Shown here piece by piece: positions 8,249 through 16,348 of a DNA stretch of 32,000 nucleotides; within the stretch, counting starts at the first letter, position 1, and every line of letters begins with the position of its first letter. Under the pieces are notes generated by a model that did not search any database, was not told where the DNA came from, and saw nothing but the letters and a program-made list of their open reading frames with translations. The DNA comes from Erysipelotrichaceae bacterium MTC7 (GTDB lineage Bacteria; Bacillota_I; Bacilli_A; Erysipelotrichales; Erysipelotrichaceae): contig LVZN01000084.1 of the NCBI GenBank assembly GCA_001695645.1, forward strand, positions 1 to 32,000. The letters are read 5' to 3'. The translations under genes were made by a program, and so were the position numbers.

Positions 8249-9110
8249 AAAATAGTTTTTCTTGTTTATGACTTTGTTTTGCATCATGTGTTAGTGGGTA
8301 TTGTTTACGCAATTGACCAATGTAAGTATAAAGATGCGTACGATAATCCCTCTTGAATTCACGATTTTGATACATATGTTGAAGCTTAGTATGGTATTGT
8401 GGATGCGTTTGTCGAATACTTTGAAAGAATACCTTACGCGTTTGTCCACGTAAATACATCATACCTGGTAGAATATAGTCAAAATCATGGTCATAGGCAA
8501 ACTTATACAAATCGTGCAAACTATCTTTGTGATCGGTAAGATATGGAATGATTGGCATTAAGTGAATACCTAGCGTCGCAAAGGTTTCCTTTTTTATTAT
8601 AGCTGCAGCTTCTAAACGACTTGTTGAACTACTTGCACCACGTTCGATTTGTTTTGCAATATCATCATGTGTAGTTGTCACAGTAAAGGCAATGTTAACA
8701 GGAGCTACTTTGGATAACTGTTTCCACAAATCCAAATCACGTAAGATGAGTGTAGATTTTGTGGAGATGTTTGCAGGCCATTTATGTTTGATTAGTACGG
8801 TTAATACGTCACGCATCAATTTAAACTTCTTTTCAAGTGGTTGATAACTATCACAAACACCACCTAAGTTAATCGTACCTTTTTCTTTGATCTTAGATAG
8901 TTCTTTATCCAAAACTTCAGCAATGTTTTCTTTCACAAAGATGGTTTCGTAATAATCATCGGATTCCATGTATTTGTGGGAGTAGATTGCATAACAATAT
9001 ATGCACTTATGCATGCATCCTCGATAAATGTTCAAGTCATAAGGAAAAGGAAGTCGATTTGACTTCAATTTGTGTAATGCACTTTTTGCTTGAATGATTT
9101 GAATATTCAT
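8247..9110 (-). CDS. Radical SAM protein, COG1533 / spore-photoproduct-lyase-like (SPL) family
   Basis: 287 aa. CMHKCIYC = CX3CX2C cluster motif in the context LNIYRGCMHKCIYCYA, which is typical of SplB-like radical SAM proteins. Confidence 0.7.
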   Translation of the reverse strand: MNIQIIQAKSALHKLKSNRLPFPYDLNIYRGCMHKCIYCYAIYSHKYMESDDYYETIFVKENIAEVLDKELSKIKEKGTINLGGVCDSYQPLEKKFKLMRDVLTVLIKHKWPANISTKSTLILRDLDLWKQLSKVAPVNIAFTVTTTHDDIAKQIERGASSSTSRLEAAAIIKKETFATLGIHLMPIIPYLTDHKDSLHDLYKFAYDHDFDYILPGMMYLRGQTRKVFFQSIRQTHPQYHTKLQHMYQNREFKRDYRTHLYTYIGQLRKQYPLTHDAKQSHKQEKLF

Positions 9111-9190
9111 AAATCTATAGTAGCACGATTTCTAACAAGGGGTATGTTAGAATGAAAGGCGCTGTATTATAATATAGAAAAAAGAGGTGT

Positions 9191-9673
9191 ATGATGCGAA
9201 AAGCAAATAGAGAAATAAAAGATCCACAAGAAGTATTACAAGTAATCAAACGGAGTGATGTGTGTCGCATTGCGTTCTTTGATGAAGAGTATCCATATAT
9301 TTTGCCATTCAACTTTGGTTTTACAGAGGAAGATGGACGACTTGTTTTCTATTTTCATGGTGCTGTGGAAGGTAAAAAATACGAACTGATGCAAGCAAAT
9401 CCGAAGGTTGGTTTTGAAATGGATACTAAGCATGAATTAATCTACGATTATGAACATGGAAACTGTACGATGGCATATGAAAGTGTGGTCGGAACCGGCA
9501 AAATAGAACTTATTGATGATGCAGATTTTGACAAGAAAATGAAAGGGTTACAAGTTATCTTGGATCACTATCGCGAACCAGATTTTCCAATCAATGAAAA
9601 GGTTGTTGCCTTTACAAGAGTATTTAAACTAACCGTTACTGAGATGAAAGGAAAACGACGTCCTGCATTATAA
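9191..9673 (+). CDS. Pyridoxamine 5'-phosphate oxidase-family flavoprotein (COG3467, NimA-like fold)
   Basis: 160 aa. N-terminal MRKANREIKDPQEVLQVIKRSDVCRIAF... and the length match the small PNPOx/Nim family. The start could be 9191 or 9194 (tandem ATG). Family-level call only, with no claim of nitroimidazole resistance. Confidence 0.65.
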   Translation: MMRKANREIKDPQEVLQVIKRSDVCRIAFFDEEYPYILPFNFGFTEEDGRLVFYFHGAVEGKKYELMQANPKVGFEMDTKHELIYDYEHGNCTMAYESVVGTGKIELIDDADFDKKMKGLQVILDHYREPDFPINEKVVAFTRVFKLTVTEMKGKRRPAL

Positions 9674-9715
9674 CCCGGGAAATGTATATGAAAAGATAAA
9701 AAAATAGGACTTTTG

Positions 9716-9745
9716 TTGATAAAAGTGCCTGTTTATGAGTATAAT
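9716..9745 (+). promoter_or_regulatory. Sigma-A promoter driving the cysS T-box leader
   Basis: TTGATA (9716-9721), 18 nt, TATAAT (9740-9745). Confidence 0.6.
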
Positions 9746-9751
9746 GTGCAA

Positions 9752-9930
9752 GAACATCCATGATGAAGAAAAGAACACAGAAAACGTGTATAGCGAGAAC
9801 TTGGTTGGTGAAAAAGTTTGACGTGACTGTGCAGATGCAACTTCTAGATGAACCGTATTCTTGACGTTATCAAGCAATGAGAACCAAGTAGAGTGGAACC
9901 GCGAAATGACGCCTCTATGATGGTTTTTTT
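9752..9930 (+). promoter_or_regulatory. T-box riboswitch leader, cysteine specifier (UGC)
   Basis: Stem I base CAUC/GAUG and GAAG/CUUC with a GA-rich internal loop. AGCGAGA and UGGUGAAAA distal motifs. Specifier loop ...AUGCAA with UGC at 9836-9838 plus the conserved A. Stem III at 9860-9874. T-box AGAGUGGAACCGCG at 9890-9903 forms AGAG-[UGGAACC]-GCG-loop-CGC-CUCU. The UGGA bulge matches the U73 discriminator of tRNA-Cys. Lies directly upstream of cysS. Confidence 0.85.
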
Positions 9931-9947
9931 ATTTTTTGGAGGAAGCT

Positions 9948-11282
9948 ATGAAACTATATAACTCATTACATAACAAGATTGAAGAATTTAAACCAATTGT
10001 GGAAGGTAAGGTAAGTATGTATGCGTGTGGACCAACCGTTTACAACTATCCACATATTGGAAATGCAAGACCGATTGTTATTTTTGACACATTGAAGAAA
10101 ACCTTTGAAGCAAGTGGCTATGAAGTGAAGTATGTCAGCAACTTTACGGATGTAGATGATAAAATCATCAAAAAGGCACAAGAAGAAGGTGTCAAAGAGG
10201 ACATCATTAGTGAACGTTATATTGAAGCATATAACGCTGATCGAAAATCGTTGCATGCAAGTATGCCTGATGCAACACCAAGAGTTACCGATACGATGGA
10301 GACGATTGTTGCCTTTATTAAGGATTTGGTGGATACGGGTTTTGCTTATGAAATTGATGGTGATGTTTACTTTCGTGTCAACAAAGTGGAAAGCTATGGA
10401 AAGCTGTCAGGCCAAAAAATAGAAGATTTAATCGTTGGGGCAAGAATCGATGAGAACGATAAAAAAGAAAGTCCTTTGGATTTCACACTTTGGAAGCAAA
10501 CGGAAACAGGAATTAAATGGGATTCACCATGGGGATTTGGTCGACCAGGTTGGCATACCGAATGTGTCGTGATGATAGCAAAAGAATTTGGTGGAACACC
10601 AATTGACATTCATGGTGGTGGAATGGATTTGAAATTCCCGCATCATGAAAATGAAATGGCACAAAGTTGTGCACATGATCACAGTGGTCTTGCCAATTAT
10701 TGGGTGCATAACGGAATGGTTAATATTGATGGTGAGAAGATGTCAAAATCATTAGGAAATGTGATTTGGGCTCGTGACTTTATCGAAAAACTCGGTGGTA
10801 ACCTTGTACGTTGGGTCCTGCTTTCAGCTCACTACCGTGCACCACTCAACATTTCAGAAGAAACAATCGATACTGCAAGAAAAGAACTTGATAAAGTAAG
10901 CAACCCATTAAAACAAGCCTATGTGAAATTGTCACTTGCAAAAGCGAGTTATGAAGGCGAACTGCTGCAAGAAGAGTTTTTACCATTTTTAGAAGCAATG
11001 CAGGATGACCTAAATACCGAAAATGCATTTATGGCATTGTTTGATACCGTGAAACGTTTTAATCAAAACTTACGTCAAAGAGAAATTCAAGTTGATGTCA
11101 TTGCAAATTACATCACGACAATCCAAAAGATGCTGTATGTATTAGGGATTGAAATTGCACCAATTGTACTGAGTGATGAAGATCGCCTTGTGTATCAAAC
11201 GTGGAATGATGCAAAAGCAAATAAAGATTTTGAGCAAGCTGACGCACTTCGCCAACAACTACAAGAAAAAGGAATTCTCTAA
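9948..11282 (+). CDS. cysS: Cysteine--tRNA ligase
   Basis: HIGN (PHIGNARP) and KMSKS class-I motifs. 444 aa from the ATG at 9948, which follows GGAGG (9938-9942). The ORF-track TTG at 9936 would overlap the RBS. Confidence 0.95.
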   Translation: MKLYNSLHNKIEEFKPIVEGKVSMYACGPTVYNYPHIGNARPIVIFDTLKKTFEASGYEVKYVSNFTDVDDKIIKKAQEEGVKEDIISERYIEAYNADRKSLHASMPDATPRVTDTMETIVAFIKDLVDTGFAYEIDGDVYFRVNKVESYGKLSGQKIEDLIVGARIDENDKKESPLDFTLWKQTETGIKWDSPWGFGRPGWHTECVVMIAKEFGGTPIDIHGGGMDLKFPHHENEMAQSCAHDHSGLANYWVHNGMVNIDGEKMSKSLGNVIWARDFIEKLGGNLVRWVLLSAHYRAPLNISEETIDTARKELDKVSNPLKQAYVKLSLAKASYEGELLQEEFLPFLEAMQDDLNTENAFMALFDTVKRFNQNLRQREIQVDVIANYITTIQKMLYVLGIEIAPIVLSDEDRLVYQTWNDAKANKDFEQADALRQQLQEKGIL

Positions 11283-11662
11283 TGGAACTAAGTGGACTTA
11301 ATGGGACAACTTTAGCGTATATTGGAGATGCGCTTTTCAGTTTACAAATCCGCGAATATTTAGTTCAGAAGGGTCTTCAAAGACCAAATGATTTACAAAA
11401 AGAAAGCGTCAAATACGTAAGTGCAGTGGCACAAGCGAAGTTTCTTACGTTGATGCTGGAGCAAAACATATTAACAGAGACGGAACAAACCATCGTAAAA
11501 AGAGGGCGAAATACAAACATTCACTCGCGCGCAAAAAATGCCGATATGATGAGTTATCGATATTCCACAGGTTTTGAAGCCTTGTGGGGTTACTTGCATC
11601 TATCTAAGCAAAGAGAGCGTATCGACGAGTTGTTAGCATTTGTGCTTGCACAGGAGGTATAA
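11282..11662 (+). CDS. mrnC: Mini-ribonuclease III
   Basis: 126 aa. LAYIGDALFSLQIREYL and YRYSTGFEALWGYL match Mini-III (YazC). TAATG overlap with cysS, same position as in B. subtilis. Confidence 0.88.
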   Translation: MELSGLNGTTLAYIGDALFSLQIREYLVQKGLQRPNDLQKESVKYVSAVAQAKFLTLMLEQNILTETEQTIVKRGRNTNIHSRAKNADMMSYRYSTGFEALWGYLHLSKQRERIDELLAFVLAQEV

Positions 11663-11663
11663 G

Positions 11664-12383
11664 ATGACACAAATTGTTTTTGGAAAAAACGTAGTACGTC
11701 AGTTATTGCACGATCAAAAAGAAATTCACAATTTATGGATTTTGGAAGGATTTAAGGATAAAGAGCTTTTATCGCTAATATATAAGCAAAAGGTATCGTT
11801 TAAAAATTGCGGACGAAAAAAACTAGATGAACTTGCTAGCGGGGGGAATCATCAAGGGATTGTTGCCGAAATTGATGCATACAAATATGCAAATTTACAC
11901 GAACTCGTTGCTACTATCGATAAAGAGTATCCACTTCTTGTGATGCTTGATGGACTTGAAGACCCACACAATTTGGGTGCGATTTTAAGAACTTGTGATG
12001 CTGTTGGTGTTGATGGAATTATCATCGGGAAACATCGCAGTGTTTCTTTAACTCCTACGGTGGCCAAAGTTTCAACCGGAGCTATTGATTATGTACCTGT
12101 CTGTCAAGTTACAAACTTGGCGAGTACCCTACGTGACTTAAAACAAAAAGGGTACTGGGTCATCGGTAGTGATATGCATCATGCGCAAGATTACAGCAAA
12201 CCAGACTACAAAATGCCGATTGTCTTAGTCATTGGTAGTGAAGGGTTTGGGATGAGTGAAGTCGTCAAAAAACAGTGTGACTTATTTGTGAGTTTGCCCA
12301 TGGTTGGGCATGTAACTTCCTTGAATGCGTCTGTAGCCTGCGCTGTTCTTCTATACGGTATCTACACAAATCGTAATAGATAG
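11664..12383 (+). CDS. rlmB: TrmH/SpoU-family 23S rRNA (guanosine-2'-O)-methyltransferase
   Basis: 239 aa from the ATG at 11664 (AGGAGG at 11652-11657). Has the SpoU motifs NLGAILRTCDA, IGSEGFGMS and SLNASVACAV. Same position as yacO/rlmB in Bacillus. Confidence 0.85.
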   Translation: MTQIVFGKNVVRQLLHDQKEIHNLWILEGFKDKELLSLIYKQKVSFKNCGRKKLDELASGGNHQGIVAEIDAYKYANLHELVATIDKEYPLLVMLDGLEDPHNLGAILRTCDAVGVDGIIIGKHRSVSLTPTVAKVSTGAIDYVPVCQVTNLASTLRDLKQKGYWVIGSDMHHAQDYSKPDYKMPIVLVIGSEGFGMSEVVKKQCDLFVSLPMVGHVTSLNASVACAVLLYGIYTNRNR

Positions 12384-12394
12384 GAGGTGAAAGC

Positions 12395-13030
12395 GTGTCT
12401 CATTGCCATAAGAATGACAACGAGTTGTTGTATCTCATACGACAGGGCGATGAGGAGGCACTAGCTTTATTGATTCAAAAGTACGCGCGTATCATCCGTG
12501 CGTATGTTCGTGGTTATAGTTATAAGGTGAAAACATCAAGTGATTTGGAAGATTTGTATCAAGAGTGCATCATTGCATTATACAAAGCAGCAAACACCTA
12601 CAAAGAGACGATGGACTGTAAATTTAGCAGTTACTATCGGGTTGTCATGGAACGAACCGCATACAATTACCTTCGTTCGGCTTATAGTTATAAGAATCGT
12701 GCCAATCAAAGTTTACTCTCACTTGACCAATTTGTCTGTGATCAAGATGGTTTGCTTATCTCGGAAGTGATTCCGTCATCGGTGCAGTATGAACCAACTT
12801 GGGCATTTGAAATCAAACAACAAATGTTAGAGATTCACAAATGTGTCAAAGCGATGGGTGAGAAAGAACAAAAAATCTTTACGTTATGGGAACTTGGTTA
12901 TAGTTACAAAGAAATCGCAAAGATTTTAGTTGAGGCAGAAAAATTCGTAGACAATACCATCTATAAACTGAAAAAAGACTTACGCGTTCAGATGATGAGT
13001 ACTGGCTATAAACAACCACCGAAAAAATGA
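12395..13030 (+). CDS. sigH: Sigma-70 family RNA polymerase sigma factor, SigH-like by position
   Basis: 211 aa. GTG start after AGGAGGTG. Region 2 (LEDLYQECIIALYKAANTY) and region 4 HTH (GYSYKEIAKILVEAEKFVDNTIYKLKK). Sits between rlmB and rpmG as sigH does in Bacillus. Sequence divergent, so the symbol rests mainly on synteny. Confidence 0.65.
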   Translation: MSHCHKNDNELLYLIRQGDEEALALLIQKYARIIRAYVRGYSYKVKTSSDLEDLYQECIIALYKAANTYKETMDCKFSSYYRVVMERTAYNYLRSAYSYKNRANQSLLSLDQFVCDQDGLLISEVIPSSVQYEPTWAFEIKQQMLEIHKCVKAMGEKEQKIFTLWELGYSYKEIAKILVEAEKFVDNTIYKLKKDLRVQMMSTGYKQPPKK

Positions 13031-13051
13031 GTAGCAAAAGCAGAAAAAATG

Positions 13052-13081
13052 GCGCATTTACTAAGAAAATGCGTGCTTTTT
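13052..13081 (+). terminator. Rho-independent terminator after the sigma factor gene
   Basis: GCGCATTT(13052-13059) pairs with AAATGC(GT)GC (13067-13076), followed by TTTTT. Confidence 0.55.
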
Positions 13082-13118
13082 CTTGGCTTTTTATGGTAGG
13101 ATATTTGTTAGACATTCA

Positions 13119-13147
13119 TTGACTAAGTAAAGGCTCTATGATAAAGT
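13119..13147 (+). promoter_or_regulatory. Sigma-A promoter (extended -10) of rpmG-secE-nusG
   Basis: TTGACT (13119-13124), 17 nt ending in TGa, TAAAGT (13142-13147). Confidence 0.5.
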
Positions 13148-13170
13148 AATAAAGCAATGAGGTGATAAAA

Positions 13171-13335
13171 GTGGCTAATAATGGACAAGCACAAAAGGTG
13201 ATACTGACATGCAGCGAATGTTTATCACGTAATTATTCAACAAAGAAAAACAAGACAACCTATACAGAACGTATGGAAATCAAAAAGTTTTGCAAAAAGT
13301 GTGGGAAACACACGATTCATAAAGAAACAAAGTAG
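13171..13335 (+). CDS. rpmG: 50S ribosomal protein L33 (zinc-ribbon form)
   Basis: Not in the ORF track (54 aa). I translated it by hand: GTG start after [61 protein letters not shown], with CxxC...CxxC. Canonical position before secE. Confidence 0.88.
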   Translation: MANNGQAQKVILTCSECLSRNYSTKKNKTTYTERMEIKKFCKKCGKHTIHKETK

Positions 13336-13346
13336 GAGGAATCGAG

Positions 13347-13529
13347 ATGTTAAAATGGTTTAGTATCCGCGGGATTATAACTGAAATTAAGCGTATTCGT
13401 TGGTCGTCACCAAAAGAACTCGCAAAAGATAGCGCAACTGTTATTATTTTTACAGTAGCATTTGCTTTATTCTTTGTCTTATGTACATTGTTCAATGCAT
13501 GGTTCTTAACAGACTTGCTAGGTGTGTAA
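13347..13529 (+). CDS. secE: Preprotein translocase subunit SecE
   Basis: 60 aa, single C-terminal TM. Has the motif EIKRIRWSSPKEL. AGGAGG RBS. Lies between rpmG and nusG. Confidence 0.9.
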   Translation: MLKWFSIRGIITEIKRIRWSSPKELAKDSATVIIFTVAFALFFVLCTLFNAWFLTDLLGV

Positions 13530-13530
13530 G

Positions 13531-14118
13531 ATGAGTGAAGTAAGAAAAGAGTGGTATGTTGTTAATACATACGCAGGACACGAAAACAAAGTTAAGTTAA
13601 ACTTGGAACGTCGTGTAGAAACAATGGGATTACAAGATTACTTGTTCCGTATCATTGTTGCTGAAGAAACAGAAATTGAATATAAAAATGGTAAGAAAGT
13701 GGAAAAGGTAAAAAACCTATTCCCAGGTTACTTATTTGTTGAAATGATGATGACTGATGAAGCTTGGTACATTGTGCGTAACACGCCAGGAGTTACTGGG
13801 TTTATCGGATCAAGTGGTGGTGGGGCAAAACCATTCCCGGTTGCAGAAGATGAAATCGATTCCATCTTACGTCGTTTAGGCATGAGCGAAAAGAAAGTGA
13901 ATGTTGACTTTGAAGTCGGTGATCACGTTCGTATTCTTGATGGACCGTTTGCCAATATGGAAGGAACTGTAGAAGAGTTAAACTCTGAAACACAAGTTGC
14001 AACTGTACTGACAACGCTGTTTGGTAGAGAGACACCTGCAGAAATCGGTTATGCTGATTTAGAGAAATCAGAATACACAAAAACATTAGAAGATGTAAAA
14101 CTAGTAGAAGAAGAGTAA
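13531..14118 (+). CDS. nusG: Transcription termination/antitermination factor NusG
   Basis: 195 aa from the ATG at 13531 (one nt after the secE stop). WYVVNTYAGHENKV NGN domain and a C-terminal KOW (GDHVRILDGPFANMEGTV). Confidence 0.93.
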   Translation: MSEVRKEWYVVNTYAGHENKVKLNLERRVETMGLQDYLFRIIVAEETEIEYKNGKKVEKVKNLFPGYLFVEMMMTDEAWYIVRNTPGVTGFIGSSGGGAKPFPVAEDEIDSILRRLGMSEKKVNVDFEVGDHVRILDGPFANMEGTVEELNSETQVATVLTTLFGRETPAEIGYADLEKSEYTKTLEDVKLVEEE

Positions 14119-14133
14119 TCTTCTACTTTTTTT
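14103..14133 (+). terminator. Rho-independent terminator overlapping the nusG stop codon
   Basis: AGTAGAAG(14103-14110)/CTTCTACT(14120-14127). The loop contains the TAA stop. T7 follows. Confidence 0.75.
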
Positions 14134-14177
14134 ATGCATTTTGGTATAAAATGAATGATGGAAAGGTTGGATGAACT

Positions 14178-14855
14178 ATGAAAGAAATAAGCATGTTTGA
14201 TGTTATCGGTCCCAACATGATTGGACCTTCATCAAGTCATACGGCTGGCGCTTGTCGCATTGCACAAATTGCGCGTCGTATTGCCAATGAAAAAATCGTA
14301 TCGGTACGTTTTGACCTCTATGGTTCGTTTGCAAAAACATATCATGGACACGGAACGGATCGTGCTCTTGTTGCTGGTATGTTAGGGATGAATCCTGATG
14401 ATGAAAGAATCAAAGATTCATTTACATGTGCAAGTAAAGAAGGTCTTGCCTACAGTTTTAAAGAAAAACACGATCCGGCATTTGCCCCAAACACGGTGAT
14501 TATCCATATGGTGGATCAATACCAACAAACGTATACCATGCGCGGAGAAAGTGTTGGTGGTGGTGAAGTGATGATCAATTCCATCAACGGTGTGGAAGTT
14601 AATTTAAGTGGAGAATACGATACCCTTGTGGTCAAACAACACGATGCACCAGGAGTGATTGCACGTCTTTCAAGTATTCTTGCAAACTATGGCATTAACA
14701 TTGCCTTTATGAAGCTGTATCGCGAAGATAAAGGGAAGGTTGCTTATACCATTGTGGAAGTGGATGAACATTTTGATAAAACACTCTTTGAAGAGTTACG
14801 CAAGGACCGTGCGATTATCAGTGTGTCATACATCCCTAGATTGGAGTGGGACTAA
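14178..14855 (+). CDS. sdaAB: L-serine dehydratase, iron-sulfur-dependent, beta subunit (with C-terminal ACT domain)
   Basis: 225 aa. FDVIGPNMIGPSSSHTAGACRIA and YHGHGTD match the SdaAB of Bacillus as I recall it. Confidence 0.9.
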   Translation: MKEISMFDVIGPNMIGPSSSHTAGACRIAQIARRIANEKIVSVRFDLYGSFAKTYHGHGTDRALVAGMLGMNPDDERIKDSFTCASKEGLAYSFKEKHDPAFAPNTVIIHMVDQYQQTYTMRGESVGGGEVMINSINGVEVNLSGEYDTLVVKQHDAPGVIARLSSILANYGINIAFMKLYREDKGKVAYTIVEVDEHFDKTLFEELRKDRAIISVSYIPRLEWD

Positions 14856-15718
14856 TGTTTAAAAATGCAAAAGAGTTATTGGAACTTACCAACACGCATG
14901 AATGTAACATCTCTGATATCATGGTGTTGCGTGAAAAAGAAGTGTTCAACCGTAAAGAAGAAGATATCTATCACCGCATGGAAAAATCATGGAATATTAT
15001 GAAAAAGGCAGCACATAAACCATTGGATCAAACGTTAGATTCGATGGGTGGCTTTCTACATAGTGAAGCCAAGGACATGCATACATTTATCGAAAGTGGT
15101 AAAAGCTTTTGCGGGGAGTTGGTGGATAAAGCTGTACTCTATGCACTTGCAGTAAGTCAAGTCAATGCATCCATGGGACTGATTGTGGCTGCACCAACAG
15201 CAGGAGCTAGTGGAGTTTTACCGGGTTGTTTTGTGGCACTGCAAGAAACGTATCACTACAGTGATGAGCAAATGATTCAAGCACTGTATAATGCCAGTGC
15301 AATTGGATATCTAACGATGCGAAATGCCAATGTGTCGGGAGCCCAAGGTGGTTGTCAAGCAGAGGTCGGAACTGCCAGCGCAATGGCTGCTAGTGCCATT
15401 GTGGAATTGATGGGTGGGACTGCCAAACAATCGATGCATGCAGCAAGTCATGCATTTATGAATATACTTGGTCTTATTTGTGATCCCATTTGCGGTTTGG
15501 TGGAAGTTCCTTGTCAAACAAGAAACACCATTGGTGCGACCAACGCTTTGATTTGTGCACAAATGGCAATGAGTGGCATTGCCAATGTCGTGCCACTAGA
15601 TGATATGATTGAAGTGATGGATCAAGTTGGACGCTCCTTACCGGTTAGTTTGCGTGAAACTGCTATGGGGGGAAGTGCTAAAGCCAAACACATCTGCAAA
15701 GGTTGCAGTTCATCATAA
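14855..15718 (+). CDS. sdaAA: L-serine dehydratase, iron-sulfur-dependent, alpha subunit
   Basis: 287 aa from the ATG at 14855 (TAATG overlap with sdaAB, GGAG RBS). PTAGASGVLPG, GGCQAEVGTASAMAA and GLVEVPC are SdaAA hallmarks. Confidence 0.9.
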   Translation: MFKNAKELLELTNTHECNISDIMVLREKEVFNRKEEDIYHRMEKSWNIMKKAAHKPLDQTLDSMGGFLHSEAKDMHTFIESGKSFCGELVDKAVLYALAVSQVNASMGLIVAAPTAGASGVLPGCFVALQETYHYSDEQMIQALYNASAIGYLTMRNANVSGAQGGCQAEVGTASAMAASAIVELMGGTAKQSMHAASHAFMNILGLICDPICGLVEVPCQTRNTIGATNALICAQMAMSGIANVVPLDDMIEVMDQVGRSLPVSLRETAMGGSAKAKHICKGCSSS

Positions 15719-15793
15719 AAAACCATGAGTCGAAGTACAAAACATATCAAATGATATAATACAGCACGGAACATACGAAAGTTACGATAACTA

Positions 15794-15822
15794 TTGCATT
15801 TCACGTGCTTTTATTATATTAT
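15794..15822 (+). promoter_or_regulatory. Candidate sigma-A promoter of rplK-rplA
   Basis: TTGCAT (15794-15799), 17 nt, TATTAT (15817-15822). An alternative extended -10, TGaTATAAT, lies at 15752-15760. Confidence 0.45.
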
Positions 15823-15828
15823 AAGGAA

Positions 15829-15894
15829 GCCTGTTTAGGCATAAACTTACTATGCGTGGTAGGAAGGTGCGATCCTTTCGGTTGACCACTGCAT
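15829..15894 (+). promoter_or_regulatory. Structured 5' leader of rplK-rplA (possible L1 autoregulatory site)
   Basis: Hairpin GCCU-GUUU-AGGC (15829-15840). Outer helix AUGCGUGGU(15852-15860)/ACCAC-U-GCAU(15885-15894) encloses GGAAGG(15862-15867)/CCUUUC(15874-15879) and an asymmetric loop. Confidence 0.35.
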
Positions 15895-15919
15895 AAGACA
15901 AAGAAAACGGAGGTGTCTT

Positions 15920-16339
15920 ATGAGCAAGAAAAAAATCGCAAAAGTAGCGAAGCTACAATTCCCTGCAGGGGGCGCGAAACCAGGACCTGCATTGGCATCA
16001 GTTGGAATCAACATGCCTCAATTTACACAAGCATTTAACGATGCTACTAGAGACCGTCAAGGTGATATCGTTCCAGTAATCATTACTGCATACGAAGACA
16101 AAAGTTTTGATTTTGTATTAAAAACTACACCAGCTTCAATCTTATTAAAGAAAGCAGCAAACGTTAACAAAGGTGCTAGTGATTCAAAAGTTTCTGTCGG
16201 AACAATTAGTGCTGACAAAATTCGCGAAATCGCTGAATACAAAATGCCAGACTTAAATGCAAACGATATTGATGGAGCAATGAAAATCATTGCTGGTACT
16301 GCTCGCAACATGGGTATTGTTGTCGAAGGTATGGAATAG
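15920..16339 (+). CDS. rplK: 50S ribosomal protein L11
   Basis: 139 aa. [25 protein letters not shown] is the L11 signature. Confidence 0.95.
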   Translation: MSKKKIAKVAKLQFPAGGAKPGPALASVGINMPQFTQAFNDATRDRQGDIVPVIITAYEDKSFDFVLKTTPASILLKKAANVNKGASDSKVSVGTISADKIREIAEYKMPDLNANDIDGAMKIIAGTARNMGIVVEGME

Positions 16340-16348
16340 GAGGTCACC

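Noticed and set aside
13028-13099. Possible UGA=Trp (Mollicutes-type code) because RpoB and RpoC are Mycoplasma-sized
   Set aside because: All conserved genes are full length under the standard code, and Trp is encoded by TGG. Reading through the TGA that ends the sigma gene would run through its own terminator hairpin.
15764-15815. AGCACG...CGTGCT + TTTTATT as the terminator of sdaAA
   Set aside because: A 6-bp stem encloses a 34-nt loop with no internal structure that I can find, and it overlaps the candidate rplK -35 box. Too weak to call.
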